DNA of 64,000 bases from Lingula anatina (Eukaryota; Animalia; Brachiopoda), in NCBI GenBank assembly GCA_051362555.1, contig CM120641.1:930001-994000 (forward strand), written 5' to 3'. The position numbers and the translations under genes were made by a program. Positions 1 through 12,658 of this stretch are shown piece after piece. Every line of letters starts with the position of its first letter. The stretch's first letter is position 1. Below the pieces are notes generated by a model. It did no database searches and had not been told where the DNA came from. It saw only the letters and a program-made list of their open reading frames with translations.

Positions 1-3000
1 TGAGTTCTAAATACTCTGGTCGTCTGTTTGCGGCAATGTCTGCAGGTTTTGTGTAATCATCTGCCTCGTCTTCTGCCGCTGCTGACTCGGGTTTTAATGC
101 CGGCGGGGGCTCCAAGGTGTAATAATGTGGCCCCTTATCTGTATTTTGAGTATTTTGTTCAGGTAAGTTTTTGTTTTTTAGCTGTGTTTGGGGACTTTCT
201 AAGACGTAATAATGTGGTTCTTTCTTGCCCTCCCTGGCGGCGCTCAAATCTGGGGACTCGGCGCTCGGCGCTTTAGGAGCAGACTGGGACGGTTCAATGG
301 GGACGACGGCGTAGGGCGTGCCTTCCCCTTTCCCGCCTTTGTTTTTCTTCTTTTTGTTGTAATACAACGAGTTCACCTTAAGAAGGCCAGCGTAGTGGGA
401 TTTATCCTGTTTTGTCCTCTCTTCGCGTCCCAGACCGTCATATGGGGGTCTGGACTGTGGGAGAGGAGGGGCGACGCAAGGGTCGTATGGCTCATGGTAG
501 GGGTTTTCGGGGTCCTGGAGAAAAAGATGTGAAAAAATCAGAAAGTAATTTTACCAACCACAAAGCACCTTGCTTATTACTTACTACATAATTCAATTTC
601 AGTTTCAAAATTAACCAGAGAAATATCTCTGAATATCTAGTGAGAAGCCAATCTCTAGCTGTTATCACACAGTCTGTCGAAATAGTACGCTATCACAACT
701 TGGCTTAATTACAACACAACTTTACTTTTTTTTACTATTATATAGGAACACGGAGAGAAACTAATAATTTTTTACGTACCGGGTTTTCATTTATTCTGTC
801 GTATAGCTGAAATTCGCTCTCTGTTGTGTACTGAGGATTCTCAGCCATGGCGCGTCTGGAAAAAAGAAAGAGAAAATTTACTTTCTGTTTATCTCTGAAT
901 CAATAGAACGTTTTGATATCAAGAGTCATATGTTAAACCTTAAATACATGACACATTTAGAAATGAGTTCACTGTTAACCCACATTGCCATGTCCTAAGG
1001 GAAGACACCCGTTTTTTTAAATTACATTTTTCATAGTTTTTAGCATGTTTTATCATCTTACATGGCCGTAATTGAGCAAGTTAGGACCAGACTGGAGTCA
1101 TATTATTTTTTTATAGTTCTTAGTTACAGAAAATGAAACCACTTGAGGATTTTGGGCTGAATCAGAGACAGGTCTTTTTACGTCTTTAAAACGAATAACA
1201 GTTCCGGAATTAAAATCTCTTTAACAATAGGAGGTTTATTCGTAAATGATGTGAAATAACCAAGTATTTTTTTTTTTTTTTTTGATAGAGAAAAGTGGAC
1301 AACGAATGTAGTGGCGGTTTCTACGATAGACCGTCATCCAAGCAGCGTGGATGGTGTAACGGTTAGCATGGTTGCCTTCCAAGCAGTCGATCCGGGTTCG
1401 ACTCCCGGTCCTCGCACACCTACTTTTACACGTGATTCAGTTACTTGAGTCTTGCGAGATTCAGTCAACAGGACAATAATTGTCAGACACCATTGAGGTA
1501 TCTTAATTGCTTTTTGTATTGTTATTTACTTTGATATGTTGGATAAGATCTAAATCCCTGATGTGTTTTTCTATCTCGTTGGCATTTTCGGATTAAAAAA
1601 GGAATGAAAAGGACGGGATACAACGATATCATAAAACTCCATATCGCCATAACGTAAATCAAGTTCTGGGTTTGCACTGAAGACAGTTTTGTTTGTTCCA
1701 CTTCAGTCAACTGACATGTGTAGGTAGAAATAGAAATCAAAATGACCAGATATAACCAGATCTGTAGACATCCAACAAAGATAAGTCTTCTGTTAAGGTT
1801 AATGCGATCGTCTGCTGGACCGAGTGTCCATTATATCGACGCTGAATATTTAGTCAGATGACAGTCTCTTTATTATCTCGTATATAGCTTACCAGAGGGA
1901 AAGAGTACGTAGTAACTATCAGATAGACAGATCAGACCACCTGGACCACGGCAAATGTCACTTTTCTTAAATGGCCGCTAAAGAACAATGAAAGTATAGT
2001 TCCTAGCGTGCTTCAATTAAGATTCAGAGATTATTAATGTCCATATGGGGTGGGGGGTGGGAGATTTAACAGTCGGTATGTACATTGATACTAGAAGAGA
2101 TTAGTCAACAATTATCATCCTAATCTTAAAACGCAAAGAATATTTAAGTTAAAACGAATTCCGTAATAATTTTTGGACAAGCACACCTCGGCAGTTATCA
2201 CGCAAAAGCATTTTTCTCTGAAAAGACGACTGGGTATACGTGCAATGCAAGTTTATGTACATCTTTTCTTAATACGAAAAATTAATATTGTTAATAAGGG
2301 ACCATAATTAATATTTTCTTTATAAATAAATTGCTTGCTTTCATGGGAGATGAGGTTCTTAGCGCAGAGTGGGAAGTGAGCAGTCTCATACAGTTTTGCA
2401 ACAAACACAGTATCACGTGCTAAATGTGACAAAAGAACGCCTCTAAAACTGAACATCAAGCACACAAACAGGCAAGGGTAAACCGTACTGCGGAGAGATG
2501 CATTTCCGACCCTGATAAAAATAACACCACCGAGTTGTACTTAATCAGTCACACGTTTACAAGTTGGTAAAACAACTCCAGAATCCACTTCCTCACTCAC
2601 TACAGGCGGGGGAAGATAGAGAAGTAGGCTGGAGAGGGCAACACGAGCGCGTTTAGTAATAAGTTCCGGGTTGTCATCTCCTCTCCAGCTTTATTCACGA
2701 TGCTCATTACTCAGAGATTTCAGTTTATCAAAACAACATGGGCATGGTTTTTACAAGGTGGTAGCGTTCAACCAAATTCCTTTCAACAGAATTGGTCAAG
2801 TTGCCTCTTCCTGTATAATATTACAAATATGAAAAATAATGATGCTTGTATCAGAACCTGGCGATTTTAGTAATGGGCAGTGACCAATTAAAAGTCTGAA
2901 TACAATTTAGTCTCTTGTGAGTCCGATAAAATAAACGCCTGAATAAAATAACGACAGCCTTTAAAATATATCTATTCTTTTTTACTCACTGTCTTTTCTT

Positions 3001-4013
3001 GCCTCCTTTCCTTTTACAAAGCAAGCACAGCAGAATTGCGACCAAAATAAAGAGAATGAGTAAAACAGCTCCAGCTACACCTCCTATTATAGCGGCGGTC
3101 GTAGAGTCCAAGATGAACAGCCCTGAAACTGTTTGACAAGAATATGTACGAAACTGAGATCAAACAAATAAACGAATACACTAGAGCTAGAAGAACTTAG
3201 TTGAGAGTTGATTCCAAGATTTGCACTACTTACTGCATTTGAAAATCTTTTTTCAAATGGTTGAGGTTTTTGCTGTGTTACAGACCAAATATTTGTAAAG
3301 ACAGTAATAACGTCTTCACAATTTTAATAATTATTAACAGCAAGTTATCCATTAACCTAAATTGTAATGATTATGTTTAAATAAAAACAAACAATTGTCA
3401 ATCGAAATGCATGTTTTACTTTAATTAATTCTCTATTATAGTCCCAAAACTGCGTAATCACATTTGTTAAAGCCTTGCCAAATATTTTGCAATGGCAAAG
3501 CTACACCCTCTACCAGGACGACAGACTGACTTTCCACAGATATTCACAGATGTGTCTCTAGATAAATAGACAGTCATTTTGGTCTGATTTTGCTTCAGCC
3601 AAAAATGTCCACAATAATAACTGCGGCCCTGGTAGAGGGTAGCAAATCCATATATTGTACAAGGTGAACCAGACACCGTGTATATTAATACGTACATGTA
3701 CCCTTTCCTGCTGTGGTGTTCGTCGTTGATGGCATAGTAACGGGCAGGCCGGGATCACTCCCCGGGGTAACGGCACCAGGTATAACAGTTAAATTCCCTT
3801 GTGTTGTGTTGGTAAATTCTACAGTTCTATACGCCCCAGTTGTAGGTGCTATTGTCACCGATGTCAGCATTTTCGTCGGTTTTATCGTTAAGTCTCCGCC
3901 AGTCGTTGTTTCTGTTGGTTTTGTCTGGGAACAGGAGGGGTCTTCTGGAGTACAGGGGGCGGCTTTGATGTATTCTTGGTTGTCAACTGTTGGGAGAACT
4001 TCTCCTTCTGGGA
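1..4013 (-). CDS. Single-pass membrane receptor-like protein (Thr-rich mucin stalk, TM helix, NPxY and multiple Tyr motifs); 5' exon uncertain, 3' end runs off the window
   Basis: Phase-consistent GT-AG exons: 4013-3702 (Thr/Pro-rich, PEGEVLPTV...TTAGK), 3122-2990 (TM: AAIIGGVAGAVLLILFILVAILLCLLC-KRKGGKKR), 855-780 (RAMAENPQYTTESEFQLYDRINENP), 514-1 (open frame with YDGL, YAGL, YAVV, HYYVL, HYYTL, YLEL). Candidate first exons: 6122-6047 (phase-1 donor gtaaga, no signal peptide) or around 4775-4680 (signal-like MLMILFTQFTWAVG, weak donor). Confidence 0.8.
1345..1416 (+). tRNA. tRNA-Gly (anticodon TCC)
   Basis: 72-nt cloverleaf: acceptor GCGTGGA/TCCTCGC+A (one U-U mismatch at 4:69), A-box TGGTGTAACGG, anticodon arm GTTGC-CTTCCAA-GCAGT, T-arm CCGGG-TTCGACT-CCCGG, Pol III terminator TTTTT at 1424-1428. 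Lies antisense within an intron of the receptor gene. Confidence 0.92.
3500..3643. mobile_element. Short MITE-like element with terminal inverted repeats; partial second copy at about 19223-19291
   Basis: Ends ACCCTCTACCAGG ... CCTGGTAGAGGGT. The same left end plus internal ACAGAT(A/G)TGTCTCTAG recurs at 19.2 kb. Confidence 0.6.
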
Positions 4014-7000
4014 CTGAAAAACGATGGGAGATCAACTATTTTTCTTACGATGTATTTTTAGAAAATTGTTACAAAATGTGATTATCTAAAAAAAATAATG
4101 TAATAATCAAAGCACCATGAGTAGAGTGGGCATACTGGAAATTGTAAGAAGATTACAAGGTTTGTGTTGCAAAGTTACCAATCCAGATATGTATACGGGA
4201 TATATAAGTTGTAAAAATGTTGTTTCAGCAATGTTTTGATTGGTAAGAAAAGGTACAAAGAAAAGCTTTTTATTTTTTGTTTGAGATACGATAATATCTA
4301 AATTGGTTTTGGTACTGAACCTTTCTTACCATATAAGACATATGTTATTGTTGTTTCACTATTCATGTTAATCTGGTAGTATTTTTAAATAAAACGAAAA
4401 TCTGAAAGATTCCACATGCTTCAGCCAGGGATTTACACAAACAAAAATATGGCCAATATTGTTATTGTCATCTACCACGAGGTGTTCTGTTTTTCATTTT
4501 AGATAACCATCTTGAAACATTTCTTTTCATAACAGTGACTCTGCAGACAGCAAACTCATCGAAGCGCGTGTAGATTTAGACTATGATATTCTCACGGAAG
4601 ATCAAAAACCCACAAAATGCTCTTTAATCAACGACGGACAAAACAGGACAATTATATCTTGATTAAAAAACGCTTAACGAGCCACAACTTTTCCTACATT
4701 TCCTTGTGACAAATACTGTGGAGAAAAAACGTGACCAACGGCCCAGGTGAATTGTGTGAACAAAATCATTAACATAAATTTCGTCCGATATCGTCGTAGC
4801 ACACCTGGGGGCCCCCGTACCGCAAAACAACTTAAATCGCGTGCCCCATGCACATTAGCAAACACCGATTAGTCCACAGTCCTTTATCTTTTCGAGAGAC
4901 TCATAATTTTCCACGCAGTTGAGAACCAAATCTACAGTTTTTATGCCCAGTTAACCCGAGCGAGCCTATAATTATGCGGAAAAATTGTCAGATATCATGG
5001 GCTTTGGAGATAAAATTAATATAAAATGCTGAGGATACTGATTATATTGTTGAAAACTTATACTTAAAAGAGGGATTATCGCATGGCATAATCTAAGCCA
5101 CAGACGTCTGTTCTCTTTGTGAAGAGGTGAAGGGAAAACCCACAGTTGGAATTAACGAAGTGAAATGTCTGAATGTATTAAACACGATACGCATGTCTTC
5201 GCTGACATTTCAGCTAATATATCAAATTTTGTCGCTGCCTATGGCAAAGTGAATGTTGAGGTCCTTGATACATGCATCAAGGTTAAGTTTAGTGCCAATT
5301 CAATTTGGTATTTTCACCACCTTAATATCAAATAAGAGTGTGTTTTGCATTATATCTGGTTGACAAACATATTACAGTTCGCCTTTTATTTGAATGGTTA
5401 TGTCAACAATGACATATTATATATAGGTCACGTTCTATTAACTCAAAGTGAACCATATTACATCTTGAACTCAGTTGTATTTATATCGTGGAATAACTAC
5501 TAGTAGGCTACACATACCCCTGTAGGTCACTGGTGGATTCTAGGGTGGGGGTGGGGAGGGCAGGGGCCACCCCCCTCTCCAGCCCCCCCCCTGGGTCCAC
5601 CTATGGTACTAATACCCTCAGGCTTGAATTCCTTGACTTTACAGATGGATCAATCAATCAAACTTTAATTAAATTCTGAGGTGAAACCAGACCGTAAAAA
5701 CCGAATTTCGTTGAACAAGAGTATATGCTGCTACAGGGGTAGAACATTTTTGTGGTATGTATCAATAATAAAGTCATGACTCGTGGACCTCCAGTACGTA
5801 CCCACCGACTTGGCAAGTTAACAACCTTCCTCCCATACACCAAAGTTTGTACACTTAACGGTCAAATAATTATATCCATCGCCAGAAATCGCAATCGTAA
5901 CACTGTTTGTTAAGAAGAACAACAGTACTACCTGTACATGTAGTTAAACGGCTGATGACCTATATATGTAGTATAAAACGTACAAAAGGCGATAAATCGT
6001 CTAGCTGTGTTACCCTACTTTACAGAAGTTTAACACCAATTCTTACCTGTGCCTGTCCCCCCGGCACGGTTTGCTCGATATCCCTCGGTTTTACTTTTCA
6101 GTTTTTTCCTTACAAACTCCATAATGACTGGAATAGGAGTGTCAAAGTTTCCAGCCTGACAGCGTCCACTGTTGCAAGTGTCTCTTACCAGGAAGGGGAG
6201 AGGGGGCTAATATATTCACTTAACCTGGCGGCTCACTGCTCTGACGTCATCATTGTGCCATTGTCCACCAGTGCGGGGGTGTAAGCCAAGTCAACTTAGT
6301 ACTGTTAGTATTATGGTCTTCGTCACGGCACCATATGACATTCTTCCCATACTAACCCCAACACTTCGACTAACCCTAACCTGTATTTAGCATATGGGAC
6401 CCCGAATTTCCATACCTAGGACTGCCATTCCTGTCACACTGAAACGGATTTATTAACCATTGCTAAGTATCGGAAAAATGTCGTTTACCTCAGGAATTTT
6501 TTTGTGGCCAAAATGAACAGTTGTTATCCTAACCGTATATACAGTACTTGGCATGAGGAATAAATATATCAAGTAAAACTTCAAGTTATGCTCGATATTT
6601 AAACATACAAAAAGCAGATTTATTTATTTATTCCATCTCTAATTTCTTTTTTTTTTTAATAAATAAATTAATTAATAAACAAAATAAATTTGCGTACAGA
6701 TACACTTGTTACTATCAAACTACTATCCGATATTGTCCTGTAGTTGGTCACGTGCACAAAAGATAATATAAAACCGTAAGCTTACACATTGTCCGATTAC
6801 CGTTCTAAAATGAACGAATACATATACTTTTAGAAGTGCTGCTTTTCCACATACGGTGCAAAGATAGTATGAGATCATTTTAGTTTCCAGGGTTATCCCT
6901 CAGTAATCCATTCCGAGGATATCCCATACATTCTAAATGAAGTTTTAGCCACTGGGGGATCTGGACCTGGTTCACATATAACCAGCTTATTGTTGCATTG

Positions 7001-7182
7001 ACTGTATCACTACCGGCTTACAAGACGATCGGTAATAGTAAAATCCAATTTATGGGTACTCTTGTATAACAATATTTAGACCACGGTGGAAGTGAAGAAC
7101 AAAAGTCTCAGACGTGGTGTAACTCGCATAACCGCACGTCTCGCATGAATGCGTTATAACCCTCTGATGGACTCGTGGTCTA

Positions 7183-7295
7183 AATAAGATAGATCCCTCG
7201 TCAGCGGATCCCTCGTCAGCGAGGGTTATGTGACATCCACTCGTGCTACGCACTCGTGTATGCCACATAACCCTCGCTGACTCGGGGTCTATCTA
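7183..7295. repeat. Imperfect fold-back (hairpin) repeat, probable non-autonomous element end
   Basis: GATAGATCCC..GTCAGCGAGGGTTATGTG ... CACATAACCCTCGCTGAC..GGGTCTATC inverted arms, with a local duplication of GATCCCTCGTCAGCG. Confidence 0.6.
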
Positions 7296-7325
7296 TTACA
7301 TATATATAAAGAATTTACTGGTTTC

Positions 7326-8180
7326 GTGATGAAGTATGCTGCTGATGCATGTGACCCTGTGTATGGTGAATGTTCATTGTATGAGCGAGTGAAAGTCAAC
7401 CCTACTGTATCATTAGCAAGCATGACTGGGCCGAGTGCGAGTGATGATATGGATGTTCCTCCGTGTGTAGTGTGTAAACAATCACACGGGTTATTTCAGT
7501 GTGACATGTTTAAGAGTAAAAAGCCTCAGGTGCGCTTGGACTTTGTTAGACGCAACAAGTTGTGTTACAACTGCTTGCCGGTCAGTGTAGAAAAAAGTCT
7601 GTATGCGGCGTGCCAGGTTGTGGAATGAAGCATTCAAAATTGTACACGTTTCTGTGAAAACAGATCTCACTCCCCCCATTGCGTCACATACCTGTACTCA
7701 GACACAGTTGCGAAGCGTGAATTTACCGATTGTGTCGGTAAAGGTAAATGGCAATAGATCGGCTTTAGCACTACTCGATAGTGGCTCAACATCCACTCTC
7801 ATTTCTGAGAAACTGGTATCAGACCTTTCTTTGAGAAGCACAGGGCAGGTGCAATGTCAATTAAGTACTATTGACGACGTGAAGGGAATCCACTCAGCTG
7901 TAGTTTCTTTCCATGTGTTACCTCATGCATGGACATAATAAGAGAAGGCCTTTCATATTTAGGTCCAAGCCTCATGATAACAATTCTGTTGTGAATCCAA
8001 TTTCCAACGCGATAGTTGTGCCTAGCATACGTGTCCGGGCTAATCGGTTCGTTGAGACAGCGCGTTATCCTCATTTGGCGGGTTTGTCTTTTAGCGATTT
8101 TTCAGAGATGAATAGCGCGGATTTGGTCATAGGCATGGATAATGCCCACTTGATAATGCCGAAACTGGTAAATCAAAAAT
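7326..8180 (+). mobile_element. Degenerate BEL/Pao LTR-retrotransposon fragment (Gag Cys/His knuckles plus aspartic protease)
   Basis: CVVCKQSHGLFQCDMFKSKKPQVRLDFVRRNKLCYNCL is a BEL/Pao Gag motif. After a frameshift comes LPIVSVKVNG..ALALLDSGSTSTLISEKLV (retropepsin DSG), then YPHLAGL..DLVIGMD. Frameshifted and truncated at a (TA)n tract. Confidence 0.85.
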
Positions 8181-8202
8181 GTACGCGGCACGTTGTGTTT
8201 TA

Positions 8203-8204
<2 letters not shown>

Positions 8205-8268
<64 letters not shown>
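8205..8268. repeat. (TA)n microsatellite
   Basis: Uninterrupted TA run; source of the spurious YIYIYI ORFs. Confidence 0.95.
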
Positions 8269-8270
<2 letters not shown>

Positions 8271-8390
8271 CCAGTTTGCCAGTACATGGTGGCACATAAG
8301 ATACAATAAATATTCCATTCTATAAAGCGTTCAAAATGTTAATGTATACAGCGTCTAGCAAGTCTCATTTCTCATAAGTTAATCTCCTTT

Positions 8391-10860
8391 TCAGTAAATC
8401 ATGGCATCATATGTACATGTATCTCCCGGTTCACCGTTCATATTGTCATATGCTTTCGCCGAGCGGGCCTTTCTGTTATTTTGATACCTTGGGGCTTTAT
8501 AGTCTAAATTCTTAGGCAGCGCCATTTGGTCCACAGGGGGCGCTGACGGCACTGGGAGCTGAGGGCGTTTGCTGCCACGTGGAACATCACTCTGTAAGTT
8601 GTCATAGTTACCACTATTGGAGGGTAGTTTGTCGCGTGCCTTGGCGTCTCTTTCTAAGCGGAAATCAATTGTGTCGTAATGGTCGTTCTCGACGAAACAC
8701 GGGATTTCCTCATAGATGTCCTGGCCTGGGTTAACAGCGTCCGAACCATCGCGGACTGATGTCTTTGGCGCCACTAGCGACTCTTGAGGCCAGTTCTGTC
8801 TCGCCTTTGTGCCATAAAAAAGAGATCAATTAATTATAATTGTTGTAAAATTGAATTGTACAATAATAGAAACTAAATCTTATTGAACTTTGACTAAAAT
8901 GAACCGATACATTCTTAATCAAATCTTCATGTATATGTTATTTAGTGCTCCTGTCAATCTATCCATTTGATAATTCATTGTAATCTTTGGGGAAAAAGTC
9001 AACTAATATATGCAACAAAGCCGACTATTTTAAGAAGATGCATAAATCTACGTTAAGGCAATTAACAAGTAAGTGATAGGACCACGCCATCCTCTATAAA
9101 GATACCCATAACCAGGGGCCAGCTGAGGAATGACGTCATGGAAAAATTCTGAGTGGATAAACGTGCACAAAATTAGCCAGAGAAATATCTGTTTTACAAA
9201 TCTCGATGTCGCTGCAACGTGGCCTTGGTGACCCAAAGGACGCACTCACCTGGATGTGGTCATAGATATTTAAGCCGTCCACTACGCCGTACACACCATA
9301 CTCGGGGTTGGCCATGGAAAGCGTGGACCTGGGAAAATCATTGGAAATAATGGGTAATATAATAAGTAATCCAATCTTATTCTACACACAAGTTGCATGT
9401 GAGCTACTATAGCATAAAAATACCAAGTGGCAACTATTAAGGATTACATTTTTGTTCCCAAAACTTGATTTGTTGCCTGCCCCTAATATTCCATGTTATA
9501 CCTTTAGTAGAATTCAAGGCTTTTGATTGGCCGATTACAATCATCTAATGTACATATAATATAGTATGCATCTGTTTTACATATACTAACATTTACTATT
9601 GCAATTTCTATAACCATTCACTAAAGATTTTAGTTTTTTTCAATAGAAACATCGGAGAAAAGCATAAAAATGTCACAATTCTAAAACAGTTTTCAGGCAA
9701 AGATTGCATGTTGAAATAACACCTACCTCTTGGTACTGATACCGGCATCGTCTTTATGTTTATTTTTCCTGTAGTAGATGATAAGGCGAATAACTAGAGA
9801 GAAAACCAAAGTGATGACTGCACCGACCACACAACCAATAACTACACTCTGGACCTCGAAGGACACAACTGTAAAAAATAAATAAAACGGTTTAATATGA
9901 GAGAGAGAAAGAGAGAGGGAGAGAGAGAAAGAGAGCGGGGAGACGCGGGGCGAATAAAATACCCCGCATACACCCGTGACCAAAGTACAGATACGTGTAG
10001 CAGATGGAAAGAATGTCGCAAGTGAAATGTCGAAGGCCATCAACTGACCAAGCTGTTGACGTATTCTACGCTTCTACGCTTCTACGCTCTATTTGCACAT
10101 GTTTCAATAAGATGTAGCCTTAATAATGAAATAAAACATAAACGTACAAACAAACAAACAAACAAACAAATAAATAAATAAATTAAACCCTTACCATTCA
10201 CGGCTATTTCCATGTTTGCAGTCGTGGTGACTACGGTGGGGTCGAAAATAGTTGTAGTATCATATCCATCCCCCCTAGCGGCGTCCCCGTCCTGTCTCGC
10301 CGGGGATGACGTCGTCATTTCATTCATTTCTGGTTTAGTTCCAGAACTGCCCATTTGGGGTGGTGTTGTAGAGTTGTAAGGTGAGAACGGCGTCGTGTTT
10401 ACTTCAGGTGTGTCCTGGAACGCGTCACCCTTTGTTAGCACTTCTTTCGGCGTCTTCTCTGTCGTCGTCTTCGACGGAGTCGTTGGTATATAAGATGACT
10501 CCATGCCACCTGGTACTGACGTCAACGATTCCGTTTCGATTCCACCGGTAATCGAGGTAATATCCCCGTTCAAATCGGGCGCAGTGGGCGCAGGTGCGTG
10601 AGTACACGTGTTTAAGACACTGCAGATTTCATGCGTTGCACAATCGGCCGTGGTTGACTTCAAACATTTTCCTTGCCACACGTCGAATTTTTTCCGGCCC
10701 GGGCACTGGTAGCGCGACGCAGCCCTGCCGTCAGAGGCGCAGGAGTAGTAATACCCACAGTTGTCCAGGTCCGCGTATACAACCCCCGGGGTGCACAGAA
10801 GATCACCCCCACTGGACGGGGGCCAGCAAAGCGCCGCGTCCTCCTGGCATTCTCCTTCTA
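8391..10860 (-). CDS. Type I membrane protein: chitin-binding type-2 (CBM14/peritrophin-A) domain, mucin stalk, TM helix, NPxY/ITAM tail; signal-peptide exon not identified
   Basis: Exons 10860(or 10857)-10195, 9868-9727, 9328-9250 and 8804-8391 join in phase. Ectodomain CTPGVVYADLDNCGYYYSCASDGRAASRYQCPGRKKFDVWQGKCLKSTTADC has the six-Cys CBM14 spacing and aromatics. S/T/P-rich stalk; TM VVIGCVVGAVITLVFSLVIRLIIYY-RKNK; tail NPEY, YDHI, YEEI, YDTI, YDNL, YDNM, YDAM. Confidence 0.85.
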
Positions 10861-12408
10861 CTAAATAAAATTAAATAAAAAACGCTCTGTTGAATTTGCA
10901 TTTGATATGGAAATTTCAGAATCCTCCATGTACTACTATTCAGTGATAAATGGTATTTTAGGTGTGGAACAAGAATACAAGAGTGCCTTAGATGGTCCAC
11001 TATGACTTCAAAATTGACGGATAATTTAAAGGGGGTGGAAAATGCCCAAGTGGCCCGCTGTAATAAAACTAAAGGGAATAATAATAATAATATTAATAAT
11101 AATAATAATAAATTGTTGGGCATAAAATTTTTTTTTACATTTACGAGCTCTGTAACTGCCAGAGTATTACAAAATACATTGTTTTACATAATATCATAAT
11201 TATCACATAGATAAGATCCCGTCATATCAGAATAAGCAGTATGTAGCTTCTCTTTGTTAGTACTGACAAGCCTATGGATGTCGATGTCCTCATGGTTGAA
11301 AAGCGGTGAAGCATATCAAATTCAAGTCAATAAATAGTCATGATTAAAATATATATATAATGAAAACACAGTGAAGTGAACCATTCTCACAATCAACGAG
11401 CCGAAGATTTCCCGTGAAGAGGTACCGGAATTGATATTGAGAGAGGAGTATGCTGACATTTGAAAATTCTATTAAGCCTTAAGCGTACACATCACGCTAA
11501 GTACTTATTTAAGAGACAGATATTGGATTTTACGAACAGAAGAAATAAAGCAATTTGCTCCAATTTTGCCAACTTCAGACTCTGCAGTTTGTCGGGTCTG
11601 CTCCATCTATCTTTTCAAATTCAATGCGGACAGTTAAATTGCCCTTAGCGTTCGAGGTGTAGCATGCATACTGAACAGAGTTCTTTTTGTGGTTCAGGGA
11701 GACAGTCTACTGCAAACACGTTAAAACTATTGTAGTTTAAAATGACCATACTTCATCTTAAAGATAAAAATCATTGATTTGGCCTGACGAAGTCAAGTAT
11801 ATACATGTAGAAGGAAAAACTGGAAATAAGTTGTTTACACGGTTTTTAAACAATTGAAATCCGAATTTATTGACATACCAATTCCACAATCGGGAAATTT
11901 CCCCTTAATCTCTATCTATAATGTATCTCACATTCCAGTCCTCAAACCTCTCTTTCATGCTATTCACAGACACTTTCAATCTATCGTCATTCCACATGGC
12001 ATATTTTACATTGCCACTTTTCAGAAGGAGGGTGCGGATTTAGGTTTTTGGACCTCCCCCCGGGTCCCTGAGCCTAATTCATAATCTTGCCAAAGTTACA
12101 AATCAGGGTTTATTACATGTGCATTTTGCCTTTTTCATAGCCAGGGTTGTAAAAACCGTTTTTTTTTGTAATCTGCAACTCCACCTGAAGCATTTCAACA
12201 TCGCCTGCGTCGGTTCTTTTTTTGACGTAAATGGAAGTATTTTTTACATGAGCTCGACTTCTTTTCCAAGGACGCGGTTTCACGTTTCTTTGCCTGGTAT
12301 TTCTCTTTGCAGAAAATTAATTTGGGTCGGGTAGCCCGCACGTGCTGCTGCATGGGGTGGTTTATACGCATTATGTTGTTGATGTACAGTAAATAAACAA
12401 CTTGTGCA

Positions 12409-12412
12409 AAAA

Positions 12413-12451
<39 letters not shown>

Positions 12452-12452
12452 A
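12409..12452. repeat. (TAAA)n microsatellite
   Basis: About 11 tandem TAAA units. Confidence 0.9.
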
Positions 12453-12658
12453 ACCCCTATGTTGTTGTAAAATGTAAAAAACGGCTGGAATCGATTTAAG
12501 AGTTTACGCGTTAGGCTAAACCGACACCCTGTGCCATATTAACAGATATGAATATAAATGCCATATTAACAGATATGAATATAAATGACAATTCAGAAAC
12601 ATGAAAATTAAAGCCAAAAACAGCTGCAAATACTGAACTCCTGTAAGAGAGAGGAAAT

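Noticed and set aside
28-532. Plus-strand ORFs 28-276 and 212-532 (also 3713-4081, 27367-27600, 28657-28917, 35180-35395)
   Set aside because: Antisense shadows of real minus-strand exons.
8102-8318. ORFs with YIYIYI repeats
   Set aside because: Translations of a (TA)n microsatellite.
11145-11293. First (signal-peptide) exon of the CBM14 receptor
   Set aside because: The frame from ATG 11293 hits TGA, and the downstream hydrophobic frame ends at a phase-2 donor that does not match the phase-1 acceptor at 10860/10857. Left unresolved.
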